Translations under genes and position numbers: made by a program
Shown: piece by piece, positions 16,250 through 25,928 of the stretch
Numbering within the stretch: the stretch's first letter is position 1
Layout of the letters: every line of letters starts with the position of its first letter
Notes under the pieces: model-generated
What the model was told of the DNA's origin: nothing
Seen by the model: only the letters and a program-made list of their open reading frames with translations
The model's database searches: none
DNA from: an uncultured bacterium
Lineage (GTDB): Bacteria; Patescibacteriota; Minisyncoccia; Minisyncoccales; RBG-13-42-11
Assembly (NCBI GenBank): GCA_963790795.1
Contig: CAWBPO010000001.1
Location: 140,073 to 204,072 of the forward strand
DNA length: 64,000 nt
Direction: 5' to 3'

Positions 16250-18385
16250 ATGAAAAAAGAAACTTTTAAATTAGAAATTGGCGGAAAGGAATTAAAGGTT
16301 GAAGTCAGCAATTTGGCTGAACAGGCCTCGGGCAGCGTTTTGGTCCAATACGGAGAAACTACGGTTTTAGCAACAGCTGTCATGTCAAATTACGAACGGG
16401 AAGGAATTGATTTTTTCCCTTTAACAGTTGATTACGAAGAAAGATATTATGCTGCCGGTAAAATTCTTGGCTCAAGATATCTTCGCAGAGAGAGCCGACC
16501 ATCAGACGAAGCTATTCTAACTTCAAGATTCATCGACAGAGCAATAAGACCTCGTTTTCCAAAAAATCTGAAAAGAGAAGTCCAGGTAGTAGTTACTTGT
16601 CTTTCTTGGGACGGAGAAAACGATCCTGATATTATCGGATTAATTGCTGCTTCCATGGCTCTTTCCATTTCTGATATACCATGGTCAGGACCAATATCAA
16701 TTCTCAGGGTGGGCAAAAATGAAAAAGATTTCATTATCAATCCGATTTACCAAGAAAGGGAAAAGGCTGACCTGGATTTGGCTATTGCCGGCTTATCTTC
16801 TTCTTTGTCCAAAGATTTGGGAAACGACAAAGACGATGAAGTCCTGATTAATATGATGGAGATGGAAGGCAATGAAATAGAAGAAGATACTGTTTTGAAA
16901 GCAGTTGATTTTGCCAAGCCCTTTTTGAAAAAGCTGATTGATTTCCAAAAAGAAATTACTGAAAAAACCGGTAAGGAAAAAGTGAAAATCGAAGAAACTC
17001 CAAAGGATGAAAATTTGGAAAGAGATATTAAGGATTTTCTTGGAAATAAATTAGAAGCAGCCTTTTTCCAAAAAGACAAGAAAAACCAGATGAACGAGGT
17101 CAATCTTTTAAAAGAAGAATTGGTCTATTACATCCAAGGCAAATATCCTGATATGGGAAAGGAAGGCTATACAAAGACATTTTTTGAAGAAGAAATTGAA
17201 AGAATGGTTCACGAAAACGTCATTAAATCGGGCAAAAGGCCTGATTCCAGAAAAATTGATGAGATAAGGAACATACAATGCGAAATAGGATTATTGCCCA
17301 GAACCCACGGCTCAGGGCTTTTTATCAGGGGACAAACCAAAGCTCTTTCCATACTGACTTTGGGAGCTCCAGGCGATGTGCGGCTTCTTGAAGGAATGGA
17401 AACTACCGGCAAAAAAAGATTCATGCACCATTACAACTTCCCTCCTTATTCTTCGGGTGAAGTAAAACCGATGAGGGGGCCTGGCAGAAGAGAAATAGGA
17501 CACGGCATGCTGGCAGAAAAAGCTTTAATGCCTCTGGTCCCTGGCTTTGATAAATTCCCGTATACTATCCGTATAGTTACTGAAATTCTTTCCTCTAACG
17601 GCTCAACTTCCATGGCTTCTGTTTCAAGCTCTTCTCTGGCTTTAATGGATGCTGGTGTACCTATAATAAGACCTGCAGCTGGCATTGCCATAGGACTAAT
17701 GGCTGACCTAAAAGGAAACTATAAAATATTAACTGATATTCAAGGACCGGAAGACCATCATGGAGACATGGATTTTAAAGTCGCTGGAACGGAAAAAGGA
17801 ATTACTGCTATTCAAATGGATGTTAAAATTCAAGGAATCGGCAAGGAAATTATATCAAACGCCTTGTCTCAAGGTAAAAAAGCAAGACTGCAGATTTTAA
17901 GCGAAATGGCAAAAGTAATTTCCAAACCGAAAGAAAGTCTTTCTATATATGCTCCCAGGATATTAATTTTACAAATTAATCCTGTTAAAATAAGGGAGGT
18001 GATAGGCCCTGGCGGCAAAGTAATCAATGAGATTATCGGAGAATGCGGCGTATCAATTGACATTGAGGATTCAGGCAGGATTTTCATTACCGCTGACAAA
18101 GAAGAAGCGGCAGAAAAAGCTGCTTCCTGGATAAAGAATATTACCCATGAAGTCAAAGTCGGTGAGATTTTCCAGGGAAAAGTCAAAAGAATTTTGGATT
18201 TTGGCGCTTTTGTTGAAATCTTGCCAGGGCAAGAAGGATTGGTACATATTTCTCAATTGGCCAATTATCGGGTAAACAAAGTGGAAGACATCGTAAAAGT
18301 AGGGGATGTCATTCCGGTCAAAGTAATTTTAATTGACGAACAAGGCAGAATCAATCTTTCTTTAAAGGAAGCGAAAAATAACTAG
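16250..18385 (+). CDS. pnp: Polyribonucleotide nucleotidyltransferase (PNPase)
   Basis: 711 aa with two RNase PH domains, a KH domain (IREVIGPGGKVINEI) and an S1 domain (GKVKRILDFGAFVEI). Confidence 0.95.
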   Translation: MKKETFKLEIGGKELKVEVSNLAEQASGSVLVQYGETTVLATAVMSNYEREGIDFFPLTVDYEERYYAAGKILGSRYLRRESRPSDEAILTSRFIDRAIRPRFPKNLKREVQVVVTCLSWDGENDPDIIGLIAASMALSISDIPWSGPISILRVGKNEKDFIINPIYQEREKADLDLAIAGLSSSLSKDLGNDKDDEVLINMMEMEGNEIEEDTVLKAVDFAKPFLKKLIDFQKEITEKTGKEKVKIEETPKDENLERDIKDFLGNKLEAAFFQKDKKNQMNEVNLLKEELVYYIQGKYPDMGKEGYTKTFFEEEIERMVHENVIKSGKRPDSRKIDEIRNIQCEIGLLPRTHGSGLFIRGQTKALSILTLGAPGDVRLLEGMETTGKKRFMHHYNFPPYSSGEVKPMRGPGRREIGHGMLAEKALMPLVPGFDKFPYTIRIVTEILSSNGSTSMASVSSSSLALMDAGVPIIRPAAGIAIGLMADLKGNYKILTDIQGPEDHHGDMDFKVAGTEKGITAIQMDVKIQGIGKEIISNALSQGKKARLQILSEMAKVISKPKESLSIYAPRILILQINPVKIREVIGPGGKVINEIIGECGVSIDIEDSGRIFITADKEEAAEKAASWIKNITHEVKVGEIFQGKVKRILDFGAFVEILPGQEGLVHISQLANYRVNKVEDIVKVGDVIPVKVILIDEQGRINLSLKEAKNN

Positions 18386-18398
18386 TAAACAAACTTTA

Positions 18399-20354
18399 AT
18401 GGAAAACAATTCATCGTCAGAAGAAAAAAAGGAAGAAATGCTGGAGTTTTTGGAAAGAGGAGAAGTGAAAACAATGCAAAGAGACCTTGCCAAATTAAGA
18501 GAAACCGAAGCTGAAAAAGAAAAAGAAAGAGTTGCTGCTTTGGGGACAAAAGAAAAACCAAAAGCAGAAACGCCGACAGAAAAAACAGGGGTTCTTCTGC
18601 CAGAAGAAAGAACTCTTTTACCGAAAGAAACTCCTCAAACTTTAATACCGAAAATACAAAAAAAAGCTTCTTCTTTTCAAAAAATCCTAATCAGGATAAC
18701 AGCTATTGTCATTATCTTGCTTTTTGCCGGATTTTTTTATTGGCTGTTTGTTGTAAGCAAAGTGCCAAAAGGAGAAATAACCTTACCAAAGCAGGAAATT
18801 GAAACGGAAATTCCTTCGGCTGAAGAAATAACTGAAGAGCCGGAAATTATCATTCCCGCTGCCTTGATTTCAGCTGGCGCTACTGAAACCATGGAGATTA
18901 CGAATATTGCGGCCATTCCCCAGCTGCTTTCTCAAATCATGCAGAAAAGCTATGAAACTGAAGGATACACCAGGATTCTGTTCCAAAACACAGCAGAAAA
19001 CAAAATTGTCGGACTAAAAGGATTCCTTGAATCTTTCTCGGTAACAATTCCAGAAGAAGTTTCAGCCGGCTTAAATGATGACTTCACTCTGTTTGTCTAT
19101 TCAAGTAAAGGAGCTAACCGCTTGGGTTTTGTAACGAAAACAAACGCAGACATTTCCTCTCCGATACTTTCTTGGGAAAAAACAATGGAAGCAGACACGA
19201 AAACCCTCTTTACCGTCTTGGGAAAAGAGGGCAAGGCTTTGGCTTCTTCTTTTAAAAACAGCACTTATCAGGAAACAACCTTCAGATTCCTTACCATTTC
19301 CAAAGAAGATTTCGGGATCTGCTATGCTTTGCCTGATGATTACTTTGTTTTTGCCACTTCTTTTGAAAGCATGAAAAAAACAATTGATTCGGTAAAAGAA
19401 ACGGAATTGGAAAGCCAAATCGGCCAATTGTTCATTATCGGTTTTGACGGGACAACCTTAACCCCAAAATTGGCAGAATTTTTCCGCAAATACAAGCCAG
19501 GCGGCGTGCTTTTGTTGGTAAAAAATATTGAAAATAAAGAGCAGCTCACAAAACTGATTGGCGACCTGCAAATTCTTTCTTTGGCAGAAACTGGCTTGCC
19601 TCTTTTTGTCGCTACTGACCAAGAAGGAGGCGTTATTTCAAAAATAGATTTTCTCCAGGAAAAAACTTCTCAGCCAGAAATTGAAACCACTAATGAGGCT
19701 TATCAGGTTGGTTTAGCAAGGGGCCAAGAATTAAAAGAACTGGGCGTAAATCTTAATCTGGCTCCGCTTTTGGATAAAACAGAAGAAGGGGATTTTCTAT
19801 TTGACCGCTCTTTCCAAAAAGACGCAGCGACAACCGGCAATCTGGCAAAGTTTTTGATTGACGGTCAGAAAAAAGCAGGAATTTTGACTGCTATTAAGCA
19901 TTTTCCGGGATATGGTGGGATTTCTTTCAACCCCGAAGAATCTTTGGCTGAGACAGATACATTGCCTGAAATATCTCAATTCAAAAAAGCAATGCAGGCT
20001 AATCCGGAATTTGTAATGACTGGCAATGTAGTTTATAAAAATCTCAATACTGATTTGCCTTTTGTTTTTTCTCCAGCAGCCATCCAATATTTGAAAAACA
20101 ACTTAGGGTCCAAGATAACAATCATGACAGATGACTTGGCGCAAACATATCTTTCAGATAAATTTTCCTTAAAAGACATTGTGACAAAACCGATTGAGGC
20201 TGGCGCTGACATTATGGTTTTCTCCGGACGGGAGATAGGTGTTTCCGAAGGTTTGGACGCTTTTATTGACGCTTTCAGAAAAGGAGAAGTTTCTCAAGAT
20301 AAAATAGAAGCAGCCATATTAAAGATTATTAAAATAAAGGAGAGTTTAATTTAA
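18399..20354 (+). CDS. Membrane-anchored glycoside hydrolase family 3 (NagZ-like beta-N-acetylhexosaminidase) domain protein
   Basis: 651 aa with a charged N-terminus, one TM helix (ITAIVIILLFAGFFYWLFVV) and a roughly 200-aa linker domain. The GH3 core follows (QLFIIGFDG, TDQEGG, KHFPGYG). Confidence 0.7.
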   Translation: MENNSSSEEKKEEMLEFLERGEVKTMQRDLAKLRETEAEKEKERVAALGTKEKPKAETPTEKTGVLLPEERTLLPKETPQTLIPKIQKKASSFQKILIRITAIVIILLFAGFFYWLFVVSKVPKGEITLPKQEIETEIPSAEEITEEPEIIIPAALISAGATETMEITNIAAIPQLLSQIMQKSYETEGYTRILFQNTAENKIVGLKGFLESFSVTIPEEVSAGLNDDFTLFVYSSKGANRLGFVTKTNADISSPILSWEKTMEADTKTLFTVLGKEGKALASSFKNSTYQETTFRFLTISKEDFGICYALPDDYFVFATSFESMKKTIDSVKETELESQIGQLFIIGFDGTTLTPKLAEFFRKYKPGGVLLLVKNIENKEQLTKLIGDLQILSLAETGLPLFVATDQEGGVISKIDFLQEKTSQPEIETTNEAYQVGLARGQELKELGVNLNLAPLLDKTEEGDFLFDRSFQKDAATTGNLAKFLIDGQKKAGILTAIKHFPGYGGISFNPEESLAETDTLPEISQFKKAMQANPEFVMTGNVVYKNLNTDLPFVFSPAAIQYLKNNLGSKITIMTDDLAQTYLSDKFSLKDIVTKPIEAGADIMVFSGREIGVSEGLDAFIDAFRKGEVSQDKIEAAILKIIKIKESLI

Positions 20355-20359
20355 AAACA

Positions 20360-20734
20360 ATGGATAAGAAACTATTAACTCAATTAAAAAAGAAACTGGA
20401 ACAGGAAAAAAATAATATTGAAAAACAATTGGAAAAAATTGCCAAAAAAGACGACAAAGTTAAAGACGATTGGGACACTCGTTTCCCCCGTTTTGACGGC
20501 GGAGAATCAGGCTCAGCCGCCTTAGAAAAAGCAGCTGATGAAGTGGAAGAGTACAGCACTCTTTTACCTTTGGAACACAATTTGGAAATTCAACTGAAGG
20601 ATATAAACTTTGCCTTGGGGAAAATATTAAAAAGAACATTCGGAAAATGCGAGAAATGCAAAGAAGAAATAGACCTTGAAAGATTAAAATTTTACCCTGC
20701 TGCCAGATTTTGTATGAAGTGCGAAGGCAAATAA
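20360..20734 (+). CDS. DksA/TraR-family C4 zinc-finger protein
   Basis: 124 aa with a coiled-coil N-terminus and C-terminal CEKCKEEI...FCMKC. Confidence 0.7.
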   Translation: MDKKLLTQLKKKLEQEKNNIEKQLEKIAKKDDKVKDDWDTRFPRFDGGESGSAALEKAADEVEEYSTLLPLEHNLEIQLKDINFALGKILKRTFGKCEKCKEEIDLERLKFYPAARFCMKCEGK

Positions 20735-20754
20735 TACTCATAACAACAAAAATC

Positions 20755-20777
20755 GCCTCAATTAAGAGGTTTTTTTG
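20755..20777 (+). terminator. Weak intrinsic terminator after the DksA-like gene
   Basis: GCCTC-aattaa-GAGGT (5 bp including one G-U) followed by TTTTTTGTTT. Confidence 0.35.
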
Positions 20778-20898
20778 TTTGAACGGTGAAACCGGTCAAA
20801 ACCAACTAGAATAATTGCTGATTTAAATAATTCAGAATGTATTTTATATGACCATCTGCGAAAAGAGTTAGTATGTAGGTTAAAAGAGGCATGGGATT

Positions 20899-22008
20899 TT
20901 ATCTGACAAAAGGATTTCTGGCTCCTGTTACTCCAAAATGCACATGGCAGCCGGTTGAAAGTCCTGCTCCTGGAGTTCCTGGCTGTCCACCCATTAAAGC
21001 GATGACTTGGCCTTGCGAAACAACATCTCCCGGCTTTACCAAGCTGGCGGAAAGATGACCGTACATTGTTACAACTCCATTGGGATGCAATATTGTTAAG
21101 TGGTTGCCAGCTCCTCCAAAAACCCAGCGGGAAGTGGAGCTTGTCAGCTGTACTTTCAAGACTGTGCCAGCTGCTGCAGCTATAATCGGATCTCCGCATT
21201 TGCCTCCAAAATCAATTGCATTATACCAGTGAAGGCCCTGCGTGATGTGGCAAGCTGAATGGGGACAGATGAAATAGCTGCTAGCTAAAGGAACACTGCT
21301 GGGAGCCTGCTGTTTTTGAACGGCGACAGAAGGTATCTTTCCGTTTGGAACAATAATAATATCTCCGATGTAAACAGCATTTTCATTAGCAAGGTCGTTA
21401 AAAGCAATTATTTCTTCTGTTTTGCCTTTGTAAGTTTGGGCTATGCTGGAAATAGTGTCTCCTGACTTTACGTGATGAACCACACCGGAAACAGGCAGAA
21501 TAACCAATTTTTGGCCTGGCTTTACCACTGAGCTTTTGCTTAAATCATTGGCCCAAAGAACGGTATCTAAAGAAATATTGAATTTTTCAGCTAAAGACCA
21601 GAAAGTGTCGCCCTCTTCAACGATATATTCAGTAATTGTCTTTTTAACGTCTTCTGACTCATAGCCTGTGACTAAAGCTCCTAAGACCTGGGAGGAGAAA
21701 GTGTTTGGAGGCGAGGAAGCTATCATGCTGATATTACCCATCAAAACAAATTCCGGAGATTCTGGAGAAAAGCTTTTTATCGGAGCGCAAAACAAGTTGC
21801 TTTCCTGGTCATTAGGACTATCATCCAGGCAAAGCTCATTCTTTTCTGTAAAAGAATTCAGAGTCAAAGCAGGGCTCAAAGAAACAAAAACAAACAAAAA
21901 AAGAGCAATTATGCCCACACAAAGACAAGGGGTCTTTAGAGAACCCTTGGTTTTTTTACAAAGATTATTAAATAATTGTTTACTACGCAGATAGTCAATC
22001 ATTGGCAA
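20899..22008 (-). CDS. LysM-domain M23 family peptidoglycan endopeptidase
   Basis: 369 aa with an N-terminal anchor, two LysM repeats (YIVEEGDTFWSLAEKF; HHVKSGDTISSIAQTY) and an M23 core (TILHPNGVVTMYGHL...GCHVHFGV). Confidence 0.85.
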   Translation of the reverse strand: MPMIDYLRSKQLFNNLCKKTKGSLKTPCLCVGIIALFLFVFVSLSPALTLNSFTEKNELCLDDSPNDQESNLFCAPIKSFSPESPEFVLMGNISMIASSPPNTFSSQVLGALVTGYESEDVKKTITEYIVEEGDTFWSLAEKFNISLDTVLWANDLSKSSVVKPGQKLVILPVSGVVHHVKSGDTISSIAQTYKGKTEEIIAFNDLANENAVYIGDIIIVPNGKIPSVAVQKQQAPSSVPLASSYFICPHSACHITQGLHWYNAIDFGGKCGDPIIAAAAGTVLKVQLTSSTSRWVFGGAGNHLTILHPNGVVTMYGHLSASLVKPGDVVSQGQVIALMGGQPGTPGAGLSTGCHVHFGVTGARNPFVR

Positions 22009-22088
22009 ACTTCTTTTAACTTACCCTTTCCAGGAAAAAAGTCAAGGGTCAAAAAGGCAGTTTTTCCACACCGTAAATTGGTGCTAGA

Positions 22089-22958
22089 ATGCCTTTAATG
22101 GACTTATCTTACAAAAAAAACATTAAAAATTTCCTCAAAAACAAGCAAATTCAGCCCGCAAAGAGATTAGGGCAGAATTTTCTAGTTGATAAAAAAGCAG
22201 TAAAAAAAGTTATTGAAGCTGCTGAGTTGAATCAAAAAGACTTGGTTTTGGAGATTGGGCCTGGTCTTGGCGTTCTAACTAAAGAGTTAGCCAAAGGAGC
22301 AAAAAAAGTAATTGCCGTGGAAAAAGACCAAAATATGATTAAATTTTTGGAAGAACTGCTGAAAGCTGAAAACGTAGAACTTGTTAATAAAGATATTTTG
22401 AAGTTTACTCCTAGTTTTAAAACGAAAAACTATAAAATAGTGGCTAATCTGCCTTTTTATTTAACTGCTCCGGTTATTCGCCGCTTCCTTGAAACTGTTG
22501 AAGTCAGACTTCAACAAATGGTATTGGTGGTTCAAAAAGAAGTAGGCCAAAGAATTTGCGCCGACCCGCCAAAAATGAGCATCTTGGCTGTTTCTGTCCA
22601 AGCATTTGCCGAAGCAAAAATTATGGGCTATCTTTCTAAAAAATCATTTTGGCCCCAGCCAAAAGTTGATTCTGCTATTATTAAAATCTCTCCTTGCTTC
22701 TCAAATTATCCATATCTTTTTCCTGAAAAAAGAGAATTATTCTTTAAAATCGTCAAAGCCGGATTTAGCCAGCCGAGAAAGCAATTGATAAACAATCTTT
22801 CTAAAAAATTAAAGCTTAATAAAGAAAAAACGGGAAAATGGCTCTTAAAAAACAAAATCCAACCTTCTCAAAGGGCTGAAACCCTTGCTTTAAAAGATTG
22901 GATAAATCTGACTGAAACTTATCTCATGGGTATGACTTTTAAAGACTTTATTACTTGA
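22089..22958 (+). CDS. rsmA: 16S rRNA (adenine1518/1519-N6)-dimethyltransferase
   Basis: 289 aa with RLGQNFLVD, the SAM-binding EIGPGLGVLT and ANLPFYLT. Its last 40 nt overlap the convergent gene at 22919. Confidence 0.85.
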   Translation: MPLMDLSYKKNIKNFLKNKQIQPAKRLGQNFLVDKKAVKKVIEAAELNQKDLVLEIGPGLGVLTKELAKGAKKVIAVEKDQNMIKFLEELLKAENVELVNKDILKFTPSFKTKNYKIVANLPFYLTAPVIRRFLETVEVRLQQMVLVVQKEVGQRICADPPKMSILAVSVQAFAEAKIMGYLSKKSFWPQPKVDSAIIKISPCFSNYPYLFPEKRELFFKIVKAGFSQPRKQLINNLSKKLKLNKEKTGKWLLKNKIQPSQRAETLALKDWINLTETYLMGMTFKDFIT

Positions 22959-23950
22959 GCTCCGATGTTCATGGAGCTGTAACGGTGAACTTCGCAATTG
23001 CCGTTGAAACCCGTTTGGTCAAAACGCGCCACCAAATATCTGCCGTTTATGTAAAGCGACCTGACATTGTCGCTTATATTAGTACTGGAATAAGAACCAG
23101 CAGCAAATGGCCAGCACTGACCTCCTCTCATAAAATCAAATTTCCACCACTGCCATCCCACACAATCATCTCCACATATGGCGCCGAAACCCGAACAAAC
23201 GTTTTTACATTCTGTTCCGCACAATTCGTTATAGCTGTCCACCTCGTAAAGGGTGACAGCGTTTCCTCCTCCGCCAGCACCTTGGACAAAGACAGTAATT
23301 GAATAACCGCCATTAGCTTTTGAAATATCGCAACCGCTCTCAAGACAAACAACACAACTGCCTTGCCAGTTTGGCTTACTGTGAAGAACTGCTCCGTATT
23401 TAATATCCTCGGTATTATTGAATCTGACATAAGCAACCTGGCCATTCATATCTCCCAGACTGGAGCTTGACTGCTGAAAAAGCTGGCAGTTTTCCTCCCC
23501 AGAATCTTTGCATAATAAAACTTGAGCCACTCCTTCAGCTACCAGCTCTGGCTTTTGATATTCAACACTAATAACCTTTAGTTGAGGGTTAATGGTGGTC
23601 AGAATCAAATAAGAACCCAAGATAATAACCAAACCCATTACAGCAGAAAGCATTTGGCTGTTTGCGTCTGACATGGACGAAGGATTGCCAGCAGAAGTCA
23701 AATAACGCACTCCTCCCAAAACCAAAACGCCAAAAGCGACAAAACCGCAAATAACTACGGCAAAATTAAATATGTATTTCACGTAATCCGGCAAAAGAGG
23801 AGTAGTGGTAATGGCAGATTCTGAACCAATTTCCGGTAAAGGAACTTCCAAAGGCCGGCCTTCCGTTTCTTGAGCCAGACAAAAGCCAGCTAAAAACAAA
23901 ATCAACAGAGAAAAAAAGACGATTATTGAAAGTTTTTTCTTTTGAAACAT
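22919..23950 (-). CDS. Pilin-like two-TM module fused to a Cys-rich extracellular domain (343 aa)
   Basis: Signal peptide (...GFCLAQE), then the module YVKYIFNFAVVICGFVAFGVLVLGGVRYLTSAGNP...GLVIILGSYLILTTINP shared with 23975 and 8411. A roughly 200-aa C-terminal domain with 14 Cys follows, with beta-gamma-crystallin-like strand patterns (my impression only). Confidence 0.55.
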   Translation of the reverse strand: MFQKKKLSIIVFFSLLILFLAGFCLAQETEGRPLEVPLPEIGSESAITTTPLLPDYVKYIFNFAVVICGFVAFGVLVLGGVRYLTSAGNPSSMSDANSQMLSAVMGLVIILGSYLILTTINPQLKVISVEYQKPELVAEGVAQVLLCKDSGEENCQLFQQSSSSLGDMNGQVAYVRFNNTEDIKYGAVLHSKPNWQGSCVVCLESGCDISKANGGYSITVFVQGAGGGGNAVTLYEVDSYNELCGTECKNVCSGFGAICGDDCVGWQWWKFDFMRGGQCWPFAAGSYSSTNISDNVRSLYINGRYLVARFDQTGFNGNCEVHRYSSMNIGAQVIKSLKVIPMR

Positions 23951-23974
23951 AAGTTATTTAATTATATCACAAAT

Positions 23975-25831
23975 TTATTGCGGAGAGTATTCGCTCTTGC
24001 AGCAGAACATATTATCCATAAAATCTAAATGTTCCGAAGTCTGGCCGTAGCACTTAGATATGGCTTCCCCTTCTTCGTTATAGAAAGGAGTTTCCCTAAG
24101 AGCAAACTCTCTAATGCTTGAACAAGTGAAAAACTCACGCCAAATAACGCCCTCTTTTCCTTCTTCAAGCTTTGTGTAAGATTCTTGGGGATTATGGCAA
24201 GCTGTTATTTGATTTTGGACAACTCCCAAAATTTGGAAGATTTTTGATAATTTCAGGTATTCATCGTCAATATTACCCTGGATAAGATTTACTAATTCTA
24301 TATAAGAAGAGGATATTTGCGAATCGCTTTCTTTAATTTTATTGTATAGGGAATTAATCTGTGATTTCTTTGGCTGGTCTCCGGGACAAACGTCCCCTGT
24401 ACAAGGCCGGGTCTGACAATAACTACAATCTACCCATCTTTCGCACCAGCCGTCACAATTTCCTTCTTCATCCCAGCTACAACAATAATATTCCGGACAC
24501 TGTCTTTCTATCCAGTCACACTGGGGAGAACAGGCAGAAAGAACGCAATCAGTTGGATCGGCCAAAGAAATCATATCATTGCCAAAGGTTATTTCTTTTT
24601 TGGCGTTGTCGTTAATATTATCAAGCTCAACCAGCATTCTTCTGGCTAATTCTTCGGAACTGTCAATATCTTTGCCAATGAATATCTCACCACTGCACAG
24701 CGTTGCTTCTTCAAAAGACTCCATCTCTTTTCCAAGTTCGGCAAACAAATCTTCATCAACTTCCACAGTCGCAACAGAATAAAGCAATTCAGCGCAGTAA
24801 AAAGTTGTCAGGTAATAAGGATGATCCGTTAAATGAATATATTCAAAAGGCCTTTCTCTGTTGAATTCTTCTATCCTGTGCTTCTCTGCCATATATTGCT
24901 GGTAAACCCAAAAGTCTTTGTAAGCTATTAGAAACTGCGATTTGCCGTTTTCACTCGTAGTAAGCGAGCACTTCTTCATCATTTCTTCTGCTGAAAGTAA
25001 ATCTTTATATACTTTTCTAAAACCAATATATTCATCTCCTTCTTTAGTAGAGCCGTTGATTTCCCTGTCCAGTTTTTTCTGCCAAAATATAAGCCCGTCT
25101 TCTTCATTATTAATAAGCTTTTCAATCTCTTTTCTTTTTGTCTCAATTGCATTCTTGTTCGGACAAGGATTACCCGTACAGCTTCCTGCCAGGCAGCTTG
25201 CCGCATTATTTCCCGAACAGTGCGGCTGCACCTGGTTACAGGAACATTGGGCAATAAGAGAATTTAAATCCGCTGTTTTTTGTCCAATCTTGTTTAAAAT
25301 ATCTCTAACTTTTTTTGAAAAATCTTTTAGATTGGTTAATCTAACTTCTAAAAAAAGCTCTTGAATTAATGCGCCTATCGGAATTTCAGTGTAAGCCAAG
25401 GTTTCTTTTTCTAGGGTAGGCGTTTCTACGAATTCAGGAGTAGATTTTGTTATTTCCGGCGCTGCCAATAAAGTCAACCCGGGATTAATGGTTGTCAGAA
25501 TCATGTAAGAACAAAGCAAAACCAATAGCCCGATAAAAGCAGCAAACATTTGTTCTTTGGCGTCTTTTTGAAAGGCCGGAATGCCGGTTGAAGTCATATA
25601 TCGTATGCCGCCAGCCACAAAAACACCGAAAGCTACCAATCCTGAAATAATTATTGAAAAATTAAAAATATACTTTACGTATTCTGACAAACCGAAAAAA
25701 GTTGTTTCAGGCATTAACCCGCCAGCTTCCGGATAATCAACTTCCAACTGCCTTTGGGCAAAAACAAAACCAGCAACAACTAAAGAAAAAATAAGAACAA
25801 AAAGAAAAGAAAATGTTTTCAGCTTCTTCAT
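23975..25831 (-). CDS. Pilin-like two-TM module fused to a large Cys-rich extracellular domain (618 aa)
   Basis: I set the start at MKKLKTFSF (25831); the track's longer start would overlap the divergent 25929 gene. The N-terminal module is the same as in 22919. Cys clusters include CSCNQVQPHCSGNNAASCLAGSCTGNPCP and CSPQCDWIERQCPEYYCCSWDEEGNCDGWCERWVDCSYCQTRPCTGDVCPG. Confidence 0.55.
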   Translation of the reverse strand: MKKLKTFSFLFVLIFSLVVAGFVFAQRQLEVDYPEAGGLMPETTFFGLSEYVKYIFNFSIIISGLVAFGVFVAGGIRYMTSTGIPAFQKDAKEQMFAAFIGLLVLLCSYMILTTINPGLTLLAAPEITKSTPEFVETPTLEKETLAYTEIPIGALIQELFLEVRLTNLKDFSKKVRDILNKIGQKTADLNSLIAQCSCNQVQPHCSGNNAASCLAGSCTGNPCPNKNAIETKRKEIEKLINNEEDGLIFWQKKLDREINGSTKEGDEYIGFRKVYKDLLSAEEMMKKCSLTTSENGKSQFLIAYKDFWVYQQYMAEKHRIEEFNRERPFEYIHLTDHPYYLTTFYCAELLYSVATVEVDEDLFAELGKEMESFEEATLCSGEIFIGKDIDSSEELARRMLVELDNINDNAKKEITFGNDMISLADPTDCVLSACSPQCDWIERQCPEYYCCSWDEEGNCDGWCERWVDCSYCQTRPCTGDVCPGDQPKKSQINSLYNKIKESDSQISSSYIELVNLIQGNIDDEYLKLSKIFQILGVVQNQITACHNPQESYTKLEEGKEGVIWREFFTCSSIREFALRETPFYNEEGEAISKCYGQTSEHLDFMDNMFCCKSEYSPQ

Positions 25832-25904
25832 TGCTTTATAATAACAGTTTTTCCAGCCTTGACCAATAATTGTTTTACTTCCTTTTCTCTTTTTCTTTGT
25901 GGTA

Positions 25905-25913
25905 TGATATAAT
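25905..25913 (+). promoter_or_regulatory. Extended -10 element TGATATAAT upstream of the VirB6-like gene
   Basis: The same 9-mer recurs at 5832 and 34338. It ends 15 nt before the 25929 ATG, which implies a very short leader with no SD. Confidence 0.4.
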
Positions 25914-25928
25914 AAAACAATTAATTTT

